From the NCBI GenBank assembly GCA_038087875.1, contig CM075988.1, positions 12,402,001 to 12,466,000 on the forward strand: a stretch of DNA of 64,000 nucleotides, given 5' to 3'. Positions 10,741 through 24,069 of this stretch are shown one piece after another. Under the pieces are notes generated by a model. That model made no database searches and was not told where the DNA came from. It worked only from the letters and a program-made list of their open reading frames with translations. This DNA is from Malacoraja senta. Taxonomy: Eukaryota. Both the position numbers and the translations under genes were made by a program. The stretch's first letter is position 1, and every line of letters starts with the position of its first letter.

Positions 10741-12557
10741 ATGGTTCATCTGACCTTGGCTTCACTTCCACTCTCCTGCTTGCTGTTTCTCACCCTCATC
10801 CCCACTATAATCCACAATCAGTCATTTAAGCATGAATGTGTTTAAAATATATTTACTTACAGGAATTAAATTACAGTATGATAATATTATGTCTTCTACC
10901 CATTGATATCTTTAAAAGACCAACCTGTGTCCTCTGAAACATTGTCAAACGTCTCCAACCCAGAAATCAACTTGACTACATATGCTTTCACTTCATTGGA
11001 TTGATTAACTAATCGCTTTGCTGTATAATTCAAGGAGAGATCTTACAATAGTGTTTACAATGTCCAGGTTTCTTTTCCCAGAACCATTTTTTTGTACTTA
11101 TTCTCTCTGCATTTCGCTGACAAATCTCTGCATTTCCCCATTGCCTTTTGTTAATGAAATTCTGGCAGTAAGGGCTGTGAAAAGCTGTGCAGTAGCTGCT
11201 AATGATGGTGATTGTAACAGCGTTGTTGTCCACGGGTGTCAGCTGCAGCGGCCCGCGTATTTCAAGGAAAGCAACTAATTTTCATCCGAGTGCTTGTTTT
11301 ATCTCTTGGGATTTGAGTGTTCTGTTCAATCGTTTAGCACATTTGAGAAGCCCATTAAATTGAAGGACTCGGTGGCCAAGTAAGCAGGTTGATCCGTCAA
11401 TTCTAAAATTGTATGATGCATTTTATTTTCATCATTTAGATCATTGCCGTTTCAATAGAGTGTGCTATTTTTGGGAGATGTGTTCAGCTTAACATTTATT
11501 TAGTGGCGTGATGGAAGAATTGATCTCATGAAGTGCCGCATCAAGCTTAATTTCATTGAGTTTCAACATACATAGTGGTGAAAAGGTTACACAAGAAAAT
11601 CCCCAAGAAAAGGGAATGGGAATACTAAAAATGCCAGAATATGAGAAGGTTAATCTGGGAAAGAGATTTATCTTTATATTTGCTTCATTGATATATTTGA
11701 TTAACCCATTGTGCTTTTCATTATATGTGATATATATGTTATAGTGGACCAGCTGTTCTGTACACCTGGTGTGGATTCCTTGACCCAATGCTCACTGGTT
11801 GGTTTCTGGTCCAATGTACGTGAATGGTAACAGCACTATTGTATTTCCGAAGCTTCAGGAGGGAACCATTCCTGCTTATTGATTTCCTGCTCCTTTACAA
11901 ATCAATTTTCTCCTCTGGGAGTGCTTTGAGTAACGTTTCATGTTGAAGTTGCTTGTATTGCAATGGTTTACAGGAAAAGAACTATCAGACAATCTGTTAT
12001 TTTCTCAGACCAAGTCAATTCCTGTTAAGTGACTCTCATGATATACGTGCAATTTTCTCTTTCAATTTTGTTGAGGCATTGTGTTTTTCCAAGCTATTAC
12101 CTTTCTGTTTTCTTTTAATCTTCATTTAGTACTGAAGTTACTTTTTCAAACAAAATCCTTCTCTAACCAATTTGAGTCTTCATGTGCTAATTAACTTTGC
12201 ATCGAGAACTGAACATTTCACGTGCCAGTGGTTTGCTTAAGTGGTGTACAGTTAATTAAAACCGATGATGAAGTTGAAATAGCATACATTTTTAAGATCA
12301 TGGCAAATCCAATTTGCGGACAAGAGGTGGGGCAAATAAAGTAAATAATTGTAGAAACAAGAAGCATTTGACAAATATTTGGTAAAGCGAGATCCCATTT
12401 GTGTCTGGTGCAACATCTTTGGTCTTTGGATGAGATGGCTATCCAGGGAAAACAAAATAAAATTCACACAGAATTAAGGTACAGAAGATAGGGTTTTGTT
12501 ATGTTGGTTGACAAGCAGTGGAAAGGCAGTCTTGGTTATACACCAAAGAGTTTACTG

Positions 12558-12868
12558 TAGTTTAGTTGAGAGATACAGTATGAAAATAGGCCCTTCAGGC
12601 CACCGAGTCTGCGCCGACCAGCAATCCCTGTAGACTAACACTATCCCACGCACACTAGGGACAATTTACAATTTACAATTTACAATTTTACCAAGCCAAT
12701 TCACCTACAAACCTGTACGTCTTTGGAGTGTGGTAGGAAAACTGAGCTCCTGGAGAAAACCCACGCAGCTCATGGGGAGAACATACAAACTCCGTAAAAA
12801 ACAACATTCATAGTCAAGATCAAACTCGGTCTCCAGCTCTGTAAGGCAGCAACCATTGAACCACCTTT
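12558..12868 (-). mobile_element. HE1-type V-SINE with (ACAATTT)4 expansion
   Basis: Family match; repeat at 12661-12687. Confidence 0.85.
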
Positions 12869-13781
12869 TGCTGTTTGCTCTTTTTTCCCCAATGCAATGG
12901 CAGAGGGGCCAGAAATATACTGTATGACATATATTGTAATGGAGGAAGGAAAATAATTTAACTTGGTCTTTTAAATGATAGCAACGTTGAGTTGATAAAG
13001 CAACCTCAAATGACACAGATAAGGGAATAATTATAGCGATGAGTGTGAATGGAAGAGTTATTCTATGGGATAACTGAGCTCAGAGGCTGAACTGCCAGAA
13101 TAAAGAGGAATTTGGCTCGGGTTGAAGATATGCAGGATGAGTCACTCTGCAAACCTAAGGCTGGGCGAGAAAACTAGCACAATGGGCTCGAGAGAGCTTG
13201 ACGTTTTATGCTACGACTTTAAGTGTATCAGTGCAAATTAAAGGACAATGGATGCACAGAAAGCAGTGAGAGATGTTTTAAAAGCTTCAAGTGCACGGGA
13301 GGCTGTTTTAACCTGGCGCATGCTGTGAACTTAATGCCGCAGTGAACTTGGTCTGAACTTTCATGAGGAACATTAACAGTTTTAATATTAGTATCCTACG
13401 GGAACAAAATGCTGTCTATTTAGTTTCTAATTCCTTGAAAGTATTCTTCTGGTATGAATATAGCATAAAGGAAAGAACCATTTTAATGCCTTATTTCTCG
13501 TTATCCTTATTTTTAATCTCCCACCCTGGCAGGAGAGCAAAGAAGCATACCCAGTGAGATATGTGGAGGCATATTGCTAGTTAGCTAAATCTAGGTTTTC
13601 TTTTTCCGTAAACTATTCCCTGGCCCATTCCTGAGAAAGACCTTGTCTTGTCAGGAATTTTAAATGTAAACCTGTCTCCTGCTGTCCACTGATCTATGTT
13701 TGATAAACTAATGTAAAGCACCAAATGGACTGCCGAATAGATGGCTTAGGTAACACCAGTGTCAATCTTCAATCTACTTTG

Positions 13782-13923
13782 AAGTAGACACAAAAAGCTG
13801 GAGTAACTCAGCGAGAGAGGCAGCATCTCTGGAGAGAAGGAAAGGGTGACGTTTCGGGTCGAGACCCTTCTTCGGACTGTTTATCTTTGGTTTAAACCAG
13901 AATTTGCAGCTCCTTTCTACACA
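13782..13923. mobile_element. Penelope-derived hammerhead element with inverted tail
   Basis: Family motif; TSD ttcaatctactttg at 13768-13781 and 13924-13937. Confidence 0.8.
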
Positions 13924-14534
13924 TTCAATCTACTTTGCATTTCTTCAGACATTACTGTCCCGATCTCATATTTGCCAGCATGGGTGGAATTAAATTGTCT
14001 CGCCTGCAGTGCAGTCATGACAATGTACAGAAGATGATAAGTGCCCACAAATTGAAAAATTCATATCACCCAAACTGTACGCGCAGATTTTTTAAAACAC
14101 AAATTGAATATATTACAATTATGACAGTCCAAATTGCACAATTAAAATAAAAACTTATCTACAAATTAGAAAGTAAGGAATTGAAGTAATAACATTTTGG
14201 AATATATGTCATTATAATTTAAAAAACATACAAAAAATGTGATATTTACATCTGGTGGCTGGAATATACCAATGAGTTAACTAAATGCACTAATTTGTAT
14301 ATGAATTTTCTTAGGATTTAATGCTATTTCTCTAATTGTCAATTAACAATCTAGATTATTCATAAACGAGGAATGAATTAGGGTCATAATTCATGCCTTG
14401 CCTGTGTAGATGTAACCAAATACCCCGAATTCAATATTTTTTTAATACATTATCATTGAGCACAATATGCACAAAGGTTAATAAGGTTTGTTAATTTTAT
14501 GCCTCTGGTATATTTGTTCATTTGACTAAACTAC

Positions 14535-14820
14535 TGCCATCCCACCTCTGAATAAGAAGGATTTGAGTCAAACCCTCATCCAGGACTCAAGCACTTAACC
14601 AGTGAGTAAACTGTAGTGAAGGGCAAAAGTGTTAAACTAAAGGTCTGCAGTGTTTTATTGTGTCATTTAAGGAGGATATTCAAGATTCAGTGGCAATATT
14701 CAGAGATTACAGTGTCTGCCATTAACAAATAATTAGAGGAATAGCATTAAACTCTACAAAATGAATAGATCTGACATAAAGACTAATGACCTCACTTAAT
14801 TCTTTGGTATCTCCAAGCCA
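14535..14820 (+). mobile_element. Very degenerate DeuSINE/SacSINE1-like relic
   Basis: cctctgaataagaagg...ccaggactcaagcac...gttaaactaaagg...aagattcagtggcaatatt, loosely parallel to 61705-61965. Confidence 0.35.
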
Positions 14821-15076
14821 TCAGGAATTCAGATGATTGTTGACAACTTCTGTATGTTTTCTTATTTAAGATAATGACATATTTTCTAGAATGTTTAAAC
14901 TTAATACATTTATTTTCTCATTTGCTGATAAAGTTTGCATCTGTGCAATTTGGACTTTCATAATTGTAATATGTGCAACATTTTTTAAAAAGAAATATCA
15001 CTAAATTCCATTGTATGATTTGGGAGCATGTTCAATTTGTGGGTACACATCATTATACACACTGTGTCACCTCACC

Positions 15077-15342
15077 TGGGCAACACAGTGGCGCAGCCTC
15101 ACGGATGCTGGCTATGTGGAGTTTGCACGATCTGCCTGTGCCGCATGGGTTTTCTCCGGGTGCTCTGGTTGCCTCCCACATGGTGGTGGTGGAAGTTGAT
15201 GTTGGGAATGTGTACAAAGGAACTGCAAATGCTGGTGTAAACCAAAGATGGACACAAAATACTGGAGTAACTCAGCGGGTCAGGCAGCATCTCTGGGGAG
15301 AAGGAATGGTGACGTTTTCAGTCGAGACCCTTCTTCAGACTG
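15077..15342. mobile_element. Partial HE1-type SINE (+) followed by a Penelope-derived hammerhead element (-)
   Basis: gggcaacacagtggcgcagc...cctcccaca, then gtacaaaggaactgcaaatgctgg...gagacccttcttcagact. Confidence 0.75.
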
Positions 15343-15749
15343 TTACATTGGGAATGTTAGTACATGAAATGCTTTGTTCAAACCAGGATAGATTGGGTAC
15401 AGTCGGCAAAATCTAACATTGGGAAAGATCGGGTCATCATCTGGGGGAAGTCTGCCGAAATTAGGAGTGGCAAGGTGGATGGAGAAAGCTTCCCTCCTAG
15501 GCCTGGAGAAGTATTTCCCGGACAACAAAAAAGAAATAAGTTCTAAATTTACCCTCCGGGCTTCTTGGGCCCTTATTCTGTCTTTCATCATTTTTTTAAA
15601 TTAACAGTTGGTTTCAATCATAAAACATTGGTTTGGTCACAACTAGAGCATTTGGGGCAGTTGTGCTGGCCAGAGTATAGGAAAGCTGTGGCTGCACTGG
15701 AGAGGGTGCAAAAAAAGTTCAACCAAGATATTGTCTGACTTGGAACATT

Positions 15750-16073
15750 TTAGTTTAGTTTCTAGTTCAGAGATGGAACATGGAAGGTGGCCCTTTGCCT
15801 ACCAAGTCCACACCGACCATTGATCACCCCTTTTCTATGTTATCCCACTTTATTATCCATTTCCTTCACACTAGGGGGAATTTACAGAGGCCAATTATCC
15901 TACAAACCTGTGTGTGTTTGGGATGTGGGGGAAACTGAAGCACCCAGAGGAAATCTGTGCAGTCACAGGGAGAACATGTAAACTCCACACAGACAGCATC
16001 TGAGGTCAGGATCGAACCCTGGTCTCTGGTGATGTGAGGCAGCAGCTCTTCAAGGTGCTTCACTGTGTCACCC
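15750..16073 (-). mobile_element. HE1-type SINE inside a degenerate CR1 fragment (about 15610-16150)
   Basis: SINE family match. CR1 text ggagagggtgcaaaaaaagttcaaccaagat before it and ttatgaggagagattggatag after it. Confidence 0.75.
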
Positions 16074-16539
16074 TAGATTTTAAGTTATGAGGAGAGATTG
16101 GATAGTCTGGCTTTTTCCTGGATCAGAGGAGGCCAAGGGATGATTAACAAGAAATCTATAGATTTATGAGGTGGAACAATAGGGTTGGCCATTCCTTGCA
16201 CAAGCAATCAGATCCATATGTGATATTGTTGCCTATGAAATGTTCGGAGACATTGCCAAGAGGTGACAAGGTGCAACATAAATGAAAGACTGCTCTCACT
16301 GAACAAAATATTTTCAAAAAATAATATTACATCTTTCTTCAGATTTTTTTCTTTAATCTGGACATTTAAAGCAAAGATGTTTAGGGGAAAGAACATCGCC
16401 TTGTAATCTTGTGTGAGAAAGTAAACCTCAAAGGAATCCCTTTGTCAATCTTTTTTTTTCAGTAAAAGCAGTCCCTGCCTTTGCCTGGGAAGCTCAGTTT
16501 AAACTTTATAAGCTTTTAAGGAAATTATTGTCATTAACC

Positions 16540-16822
16540 TAGCGCAGAGTTGCTGCCATACAGCGCCGGAGACCCGGGTTCGATCCTGACTACAAATGCT
16601 GTCTGTACGGAGTTTGTATGTTCTCCTCATGACCTGTGTGGGTTTTCTCTGGATGCTCCATAGATGTACATGTTTCCAGGCTAATTGGCTTGGTAAAATT
16701 GTACAATTGTCTCTAGTGTGTGTTGTTAGTGTGTGTAGGATAGCGTTATTAATGTATGGCGATCATTGGTCGCCGTGGACACGATGGGCCAAAGGGCCTG
16801 TTTCCGCACTGTATCTCTAATT
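16540..16822 (+). mobile_element. HE1-type V-SINE
   Basis: agagttgctgcc...gacccgggttcgatcctgactac...aagggcctgtttccgcactgtatctctaa. Confidence 0.85.
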
Positions 16823-18056
16823 TAAGCCTCCAAGAACTTGAATGTATTCAGCTTTGGCCATCTCTGGACTTTGAAGGTTAAGTTGTGAAATCGATTTGAG
16901 CCATTTCGGTAATTCAATAAACTGGATGTTATACAATTATTTAGATTGAAAAATTTAAGTTATTGGACTACTTAGAAATCCAAATATTCCAGTGTTCACT
17001 TTCTATAATAGCAGATACTGGATGAAAATAAATCCTTTTCAGAAACAGCTCAACTACAAACTGTCCATTGTCAGCCCACAAGGAGCAATAAAATGCACTT
17101 CAGAATCAATGTAAAGCAGTTCTAGCAGTCATAAAGATAAATCTTTGCACACAGAATGATTCTCATAATTACTCTTTATAAAGAAGCACTTGCCCTGTTT
17201 CGGACTCCCACGGGCATTCTTATTGCTATGAATATTTCTGCTCTGCTCGAGAATGTGGGATAATGCCACAAAATGCTCTTAATGATGTTCTGGGTCCAGT
17301 TTCATTCAAAGCAATTATCATTTGCACTATGGTTGGGCAGAAGATTAAGGTGGAGAGCAAAATTGAAAGAGCAAAAATTTCCGACCAATGTTGCTTCATC
17401 TGACCAAATAAATAAGACAGCAATTTTCAGACTAAAATTGTATGTTTATAGGTATTTTGGACCAGGACATTATAAGAGAAATTTGGTGTCATTACTCTGA
17501 TTTGAGACATTGAAACTCATTAAACTAAAACCTGGTTGAATCTCTCCTCAGCAAAAACAAATACAGCTTTTATGGAACAAATTGTTCAACAAAGAGCTTT
17601 TATGCTAATTCTTTACGCAGTTTTGGTGAAATCCAATTGATGTTACTGATTCTGGAATAGGTATTCAGGAGCAGATTTAAATAATTTTCTGATGTTAACT
17701 GCCCTGTTAGTACATCCATTCTTTCGAGATGGATGAAGGTTTATTTGGTCAGTTTTCATCTTTCTCCACCTTAACCTTCTGCCCAAACCATATCCTTCCA
17801 TTTTCAAATATGGGAACACCCCATATTTTTTTTTTTTTTTTTTAATGTAAAACAATGTGCACGAAACAGATAGCAGGTCAGGCAATGTCTATGCAAAGGG
17901 AAACAGTTCATGTTTCTAATCCGTAACCCTTCCTCAAAAATGTTGGTGAAATTATCAGCTAAGAATGTACTATTCTTATTGATAGTCAATATCGAAATAG
18001 ACGCTCAGTGCAAAGTTAGTCATTTTGTTAATTGTGTTAATGGTTTTTTTTTATGT

Positions 18057-18245
18057 GTGGCACAGTGGTAGAGTAGAACTGCTGCCTGACAGTGCCAGAA
18101 AACTTGGTTCGATCCTGAGCATGGGCACTGGTACAGAGTTTGTACGTTCTCCCTATGACTGCTGCGTTTTCTTCAGGTGCTCCGGTTTCCTCCCATGTTC
18201 TAAAGACCTACAGGTTTGTAGGTTAATTGGCTTTGGTAAAAATTG
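18057..18245 (+). mobile_element. HE1-type V-SINE, 3'-truncated
   Basis: Head and V-domain present. Confidence 0.8.
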
Positions 18246-18400
18246 AGGTGGGAACAGTTTCTGCCGAAGGTGGAAAGAGGTGGGATGGAAAGACGTGACC
18301 AGTGGTGGGATTACATTGGAGGCAACAGAAATGTCGGAGAATGATGTGAAACAAATGATGTTGTATGATATCCAGGCAAATAATACCACACTGGAGGGCA
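18246..18400 (-). pseudogene. Penelope-like element ORF relic (RT thumb/linker)
   Basis: Translation HIILRHFCCLQCNPTTGHVFPS resembles the vertebrate Penelope/Poseidon motif II.RHF..LQ.DP....IFP. Confidence 0.55.
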
Positions 18401-18489
18401 TTAGAGAGTGCAAAAGAGAAAATAAACAGTGAAGAATATAGTGTTACAGCTGCAGAGAAATTGCAAGTGAAAAAAGTACAACGACCGCT

Positions 18490-18800
18490 TTGAGTTAGAT
18501 GGGAAGTTTGGGAATTTATCGCCAGCACTTGAGGGTCTGATAATCGTTGGGAATTTGTTGTTTTTGAATCTGATGGTATGTGTTTTCAAGCTGTTAGATC
18601 ATCTGCCCGATGGGAGAGGAGCGTAGACAAAATGAACAGATTATGTGTGGTCCTTGACTATGTTGTCTGCTTTCCCATGGCAACATAAAGTGTAGATGGA
18701 GGCGATTGGAGTGACGATGCTATGGGTGATTGACAAGGCTGCGGTCACAACTGCCTGTAATTTCTTGCAGTCTTGGGCAAATCAGTTGCCAAGGTTACTT
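18490..18800 (-). mobile_element. Rex1/Babar LINE 3' fragment
   Basis: Reverse complement of the I.KD..HP..F..LPSGR..S.K..T.R..N.F region (tgcccgatgggagagg). Confidence 0.55.
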
Positions 18801-19034
18801 TCAACCTTGTTGGACTGAAAAGAAACAAGTTCTTGCATGGAGGTACAAGAGAGACGGTGGAACCTGGAGCAAAAAAATGGATCCGGGTCTTGACCCAGAA
18901 TGTCAAGTGTCCATTTTCTTCCACAGATGCTCGCTGAACCGTCGAGCTCCTCCAGCGACTCTCCTTTTTCTTTGCAATGCAGTACTACTTTCATGTTATA
19001 TAAAAGGCCAGCACTCAAACTTGCATCCCTTATT

Positions 19035-19645
19035 TTAGTTTAGTTTGGAGATACAGAGCAGAAACGGGGCCCTTTGACGCACCGAGTCCGCACCGACCAG
19101 CTATCTCTGCACAATATCACTATCCCACACCACACACTAGGGACGAGTTACAATTTTATCGAAGCCAAACACCCAAAAAACCTGTACGTCTTTGGAATGT
19201 GGGAGGAAACTGAAGTTCTTGTAGAAATCCCACAAAGGTCACGGGGAGAACGTACAAATTCCATACAGAAAGCACCCATAGTTAAGGGCCTGTCCCACTG
19301 TACAAGGTAATTCAAGAGCTCTCCCGAGTTAAAAACAAAAATCAAACTCGTGGTAAGTACATAGATTGTATGTAGCGGGTACGTCGGAGCTCGAGACGTC
19401 TCTTAGCGGCTCGTAACGCTAACGGCAGGTACTCGAGAAACGCGGTAAGCTCGTGAAGATTTTTCAACATGTTGAAAAATGTCCACGAGAGCCCCGAGTA
19501 CCTACGAGCGGCTATTACCGTAATTCTCTGAGTTCGAATCAAGTGAAACTCGGGAGAACTCTTGAATTATCTGGTACAGTGGGACAGGCCCTTTAGGATT
19601 GAACCCTGGTCTCTGGCACTGGAAGGCAGCAACTCTATCACTGCA
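19035..19645 (-). mobile_element. HE1-type V-SINE split by a MITE
   Basis: SINE text ...gcacccatagtta | ggattgaaccc... rejoins across 19285-19595. Confidence 0.85.
19285..19592. mobile_element. MITE, PIF/Harbinger-type (308 bp)
   Basis: 46-bp TIR AGGGCCTGTCCCACTGTAC...CCCGAGTT with 3 mismatches; TTA TSD at 19282-19284 and 19593-19595; no ORF. Confidence 0.85.
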
Positions 19646-19924
19646 CCACCATGCTGCCCACAATCTCATTGAGATTTGTGACCATCTGCAAGCTCCAAAC
19701 CAGTTTCACATGCACACTTCGACTTCTTTGTCTCTGGAGGTTAATGCCTTGGCCATTTCTGGCCTCAGGATCATTCCAGGCTGTCAACTCTGATCTCCGC
19801 ACCTCTTGTATTTCACTGCTAGATGATGGAGGTCACTCGGACTCCATGCTCAAGGAGCAGCCACTTCATTGCTTTTGTTTTGTTGCACAGGAACAACCAG
19901 AGTGGGTCTGCTGCTTTTTTTTCT

Positions 19925-20205
19925 TTAGTTTATCTGTGGAGATACAGTGCGGAAACAGGCCCTTCGCCCCATCGGGTCAGTGCCAACTAGCGATCCCCAT
20001 TACACACTAACACTATCCTCCACATTAGGGACAATGTACAATCTTTACTGAAGCCAATTAACCTCTTTGTCTTTGGAGTGTGGGAGGAAATTGGAGCATC
20101 CAGGGAAAACAACGCTGTCATGGAGAACAAAGAAACTCAGTACAGAGAATCTGGGTCGCTGTCGCAGTAAGGCAGCAACTCTACTGCGGCACCATTATGC
20201 CGCCC
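19925..20205 (-). mobile_element. HE1-type V-SINE
   Basis: Family match. Confidence 0.8.
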
Positions 20206-20585
20206 CCGTACCACTGTGGCTTATGCCACCGTGCTGCATTGTTTGTTTCTCCAAAGCGCAGGCTTTCAGAGTCTTCATTCATGTCTTTAGATCAGCCTTA
20301 CAGGTTCTCCATGTTTTCCTTGCACAAAGAACATGTCACCTGCAGGTACTGTTCTTCATAGGCAGCTGCAAGAGAAATCAATAGAGAGGGGAGATAAATG
20401 AAAAATGTGACAGCAATGTTCTGTGAACATTGCAATTGAAGATCTCAAACTCCATAGGGCCTTCACATCACATTGGTAAAGCCTTTAGAAGGTAGTAATG
20501 GAGTTTCTGCGGATGCAGATTCAGGTTCATTTGAGTAGAATACACATTGAGAATCCTGATTTATTAAGTTTGCTGTTTCAGGAAA

Positions 20586-20964
20586 TTCAAGATTCAAGAG
20601 AGTTTATTGTCATGTGTCCCAGATAGGACAATGAAATTCTTGCTTTGCTTCAGCACAACATAATATAGAAGGCATGAATACAGAACCGATCAGTGTGTCC
20701 ATATACCATTGTATAAATATATACACACATGAATGAATAAAACAGATAAAGTGCAAATAAACAGATAAAGGGCTATTAATGTTCAGTTTTGTTTGAGTTG
20801 AGTTCAATAGCCTGATGGCTGTGGGGAAGTAGCTGTTTCTGAACCTGGACGTTGCAGTCTTCAGGCTCCTGTACCTTCTACCTGAAGGTAACGGGGAGAT
20901 GAGTGTGTGGCCAGGATGGTATGGGTCCTTGATGATGCTGCCAGCCTTTTTGAGGCAGCGACTG
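20586..20964 (-). mobile_element. Rex1/Babar LINE 3' end
   Basis: Reverse complement gives ...AGSIIKDPYHPGHTLISPLPSGRRYRSLKTATSRFRNSYFPTAIRLLN, then 3' UTR and (tcttgaa)n tail. Confidence 0.8.
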
Positions 20965-21237
20965 TTATGTTATTGCCCACTCTATTTCATTACACTTTGC
21001 AACTACAATTTATTGAATGCTAATGCAATCAGATTTTATATGGCAAACAAGAAGTTGCTGTTTTGGGCTTGTTGCCTACATATTTTCCAAGCAAAAGACA
21101 ATAAGGGGTTTGCACAGAAAACTATGTGAAATCAAGAATCTTCTGATGGACAAGATAATTTTGTTCTGTAGCTGAATATGCCAGGATAATAACCCAGCGT
21201 TGCATGATGAAGCTTATAAAAAGTTTCACACAAAATT

Positions 21238-21520
21238 CTTTAGACTTTAGAGATGCTGTGTGAAAACAGGCCCTTCAGCCCACCGAGTCTGCGCCGACCG
21301 GTGATCACCCCATACACGTGATCCATCACACTAGGGGCAATTTACAATAACCAATTAACCTACAAACCTGTACGTCTTTGGAGTGTGGGAGGAAACCTGA
21401 GCACCCAGGGAATACCCACGTGGTCACACGGAGAACGTACAAACACCGTACAGACTGCACCCATGCTCAGGCTTGAACCTGGGTCTCTGGCGCTATAAGG
21501 CAGCAACTCTACCACCGTGC
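21238..21520 (-). mobile_element. HE1-type V-SINE
   Basis: Family match. Confidence 0.85.
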
Positions 21521-22801
21521 TCACCCATTAAGTCAAACCTCACATAAGTTTTTGCTCAGATGATATGTAACCAGAATTAACTGTTCCAATCACAAACTTA
21601 ATTGCCCGTTTTGCAGCAGGATATGGAGCGTTACCCTGTAACTGATTGTGATGATATAAATCTAGACAATACAAAATTGGTGTCAGTTGTTCAGGTTATT
21701 GTTTATGACTGAATTCTGATGCTGGATTCCTCATGGATCCCAGTGAGAGAGCACATAGTTGCGGAGATACCCTTTTTCATGGTAAATTCATGTGTCATCA
21801 AATGCTAGATTGTTTCACATCAATTTCAATAGAGAACCTTGGTAGTACTTTTAAGTCCTGTACTTTTTATTTTATATTTAGGCTTTTTTTTAATGTATAC
21901 TTTCTTATATGTTTGTTTTGAGAATGCCATACATTTCGGAAACATGCATGATGTGACTCGGCCAAATGTCAACGATTTAGTTTCAGCTGTTTCATTAACA
22001 GGCCTTGATCTCATACATCGACAAGCACCTCTTCAGCAGGACAATCTTTACCTTGTATAAGATTTTTTTGTGAAAAAAAGGACCAGTTTGTCACTGCATC
22101 TTCTTAAAATAGTTGAGTGTCATGGTTTTTCATTGGTTCGATGGAGAGTATTGGCAGATCCTCAGCCTGAAACTGGAGGCGAATAAGACCATAAGACATA
22201 GAAACAGAGTCGGGCCATTTAGCCCATCGAGTCTGATATGCGATTTGCTCATGGCTGACGTGTTTGTCCCTCACCCCCATTCTCCTGCCTTATTCCCATA
22301 ACCTTTGATCCATTTTTATTTTAGGTCAAAAACTTGGGATTACTATGTGCAAACATCACAGAGCTTGTGTTATATTAAGAACTCTATTATTTTCTGAGGG
22401 CAATCAGTAATGAATCCTTTTCTCTATCCCCAATTTTGACCCACATTTAACTTGTAGGATTAACATGACATCTGCATCACTGCACTTCCACCTTAAACCT
22501 GTGAGCGTTTCTCTCATTTCCATTGGAAATGTATTGTTTGAAAAATAAAAATTAATCTTCATGGGTAAATAACCCTGGCCAAAATCATTGCATTGCATTA
22601 CTTCTGAATTAAGATTTGTTTCAGAATGGAGCGTACTATATGTCCCGACACCCTTTAACACTCTTAATCAAGAACCTGTCAATTTCCATTTTACAAATCC
22701 CCAATGGCTTGGCATCCACAGCCATCTTTGGCTTTCCAAAACCATCTTTTTCCATGCCTCTGGATTGAATTCCACTTGCTAATATTTTTGTATGTACAAC
22801 T

Positions 22802-23125
22802 GGGGCAGCACGGTGGCGCAGCGGTAGAGTTGCTGCCTTACAGCGCTTGCAGCGCCAGAGACCAAGGTTCGATCCTGACTACGGGTGCTATTTGCACGGA
22901 ATTTGTACCTTCTCCCTGTGATCTGCGTGGGTTTTCTCCAAGATCTTCGGTTTCCTCCCACAATCAAAGACGTACAGGTTTGTAGGTTAATTGGCTTGGT
23001 ATAGGTGTAAATTGTCCACAGTGGGTGTAGAATAGTGTTAATGTGCAGGGATTGCTGGTCAGTGCGGACTCGGTTGGCCGAAGGGCCTGTTTCCGCACTG
23101 TATCTCTAAACTAAACTGAACTAAA
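22802..23125 (+). mobile_element. HE1-type V-SINE, full length
   Basis: ggggcagcacggtggcgcagcggtagag (A box), ggttcgatcc (B box), V-domain, (ctaaa)n tail. Confidence 0.9.
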
Positions 23126-23903
23126 GGTGGACCATTCATTTCTTACTGCAGCCTACAACATTCTTCATAGTTACTCATGTAGCCAATTTTGATTCTGACT
23201 GCAAACTGTTTAATTATTGATACCATATAAAAGGTAATAACCCATAGTACACACCCTTCCAGCCAGTAAAACTCTATAATTGGCCAATCTTATTTTCCTT
23301 CCCCCAATGAGCCAATTTTAGACTCTGCCTGTTACTTTTTCTTGGATTGCTTGAACTTTAAGCTACCCGTGAGTTTAGTTGCTGTCACGTGTACCGAGGT
23401 GCAGTGAAGAGCTTTTGTTGCATGATAACCAGCCAGCGGAAAGACAATACATGATTACAATTGAGCTGTCCACAGTATACAGATCAATGATAAAGGAAAG
23501 ACCAGTGTGTGGGACTCAGTGAAAGACCATGCCGTTTGTGAGTGCTGATGTTGGCTGTAGCTATCAAGACCATCCTCAAGTTAAGAGAATGCAGATGTTG
23601 GAATCTTAAGCAAAACTAGGTGCTATAGGAACTCTACAGGTTAGGCTGCATCAGGGAGATGTATTTCTTCCACAGATGCTGCTTGACCTGAGGGTTCCTC
23701 CAGCATTTTGTGTTTTGCATCATCATTAACTTTGACTAAAATGCAAAAGCTTATTTTAGATGCTGGAGAATACAAAACATTTAAAAAACCAATAAGTATC
23801 AATATTCTATGGTGTTGAAGAACTGAAGGAAAATAATATTCTATCAAACATAATTTACATGATTGTTGTTCTCACCTCTTTCAAAAGATTTTTTTTAAAT
23901 AGC

Positions 23904-24069
23904 TAAAATATTGTGGATATTGCAAAGGGAATTCTGTTTAAACGTGTTACTTAAAGTGTTTTGATTTATAAGTTGGGAACCTTTGTAAAATATTGTGGAT
24001 ATTCCAAAGGGAATTCTGTTTAAATGTGTTACTTTAAGTGTTTTGATTTATAAGTCTGTAACCTTTTGT
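23904..24069. repeat. Local tandem duplication, about 82 bp x2
   Basis: taaaatattgtggatatt...aacctttgt starts at 23904 and again at 23986. Confidence 0.9.

Noticed and set aside
14973..15416. 147-aa ORF
   Set aside because: It runs through a SINE fragment and a Penelope-derived repeat.
22802..22880. tRNA gene
   Set aside because: The A/B boxes belong to the tRNA-derived head of an HE1-type SINE and continue into the V-domain; no complete cloverleaf.
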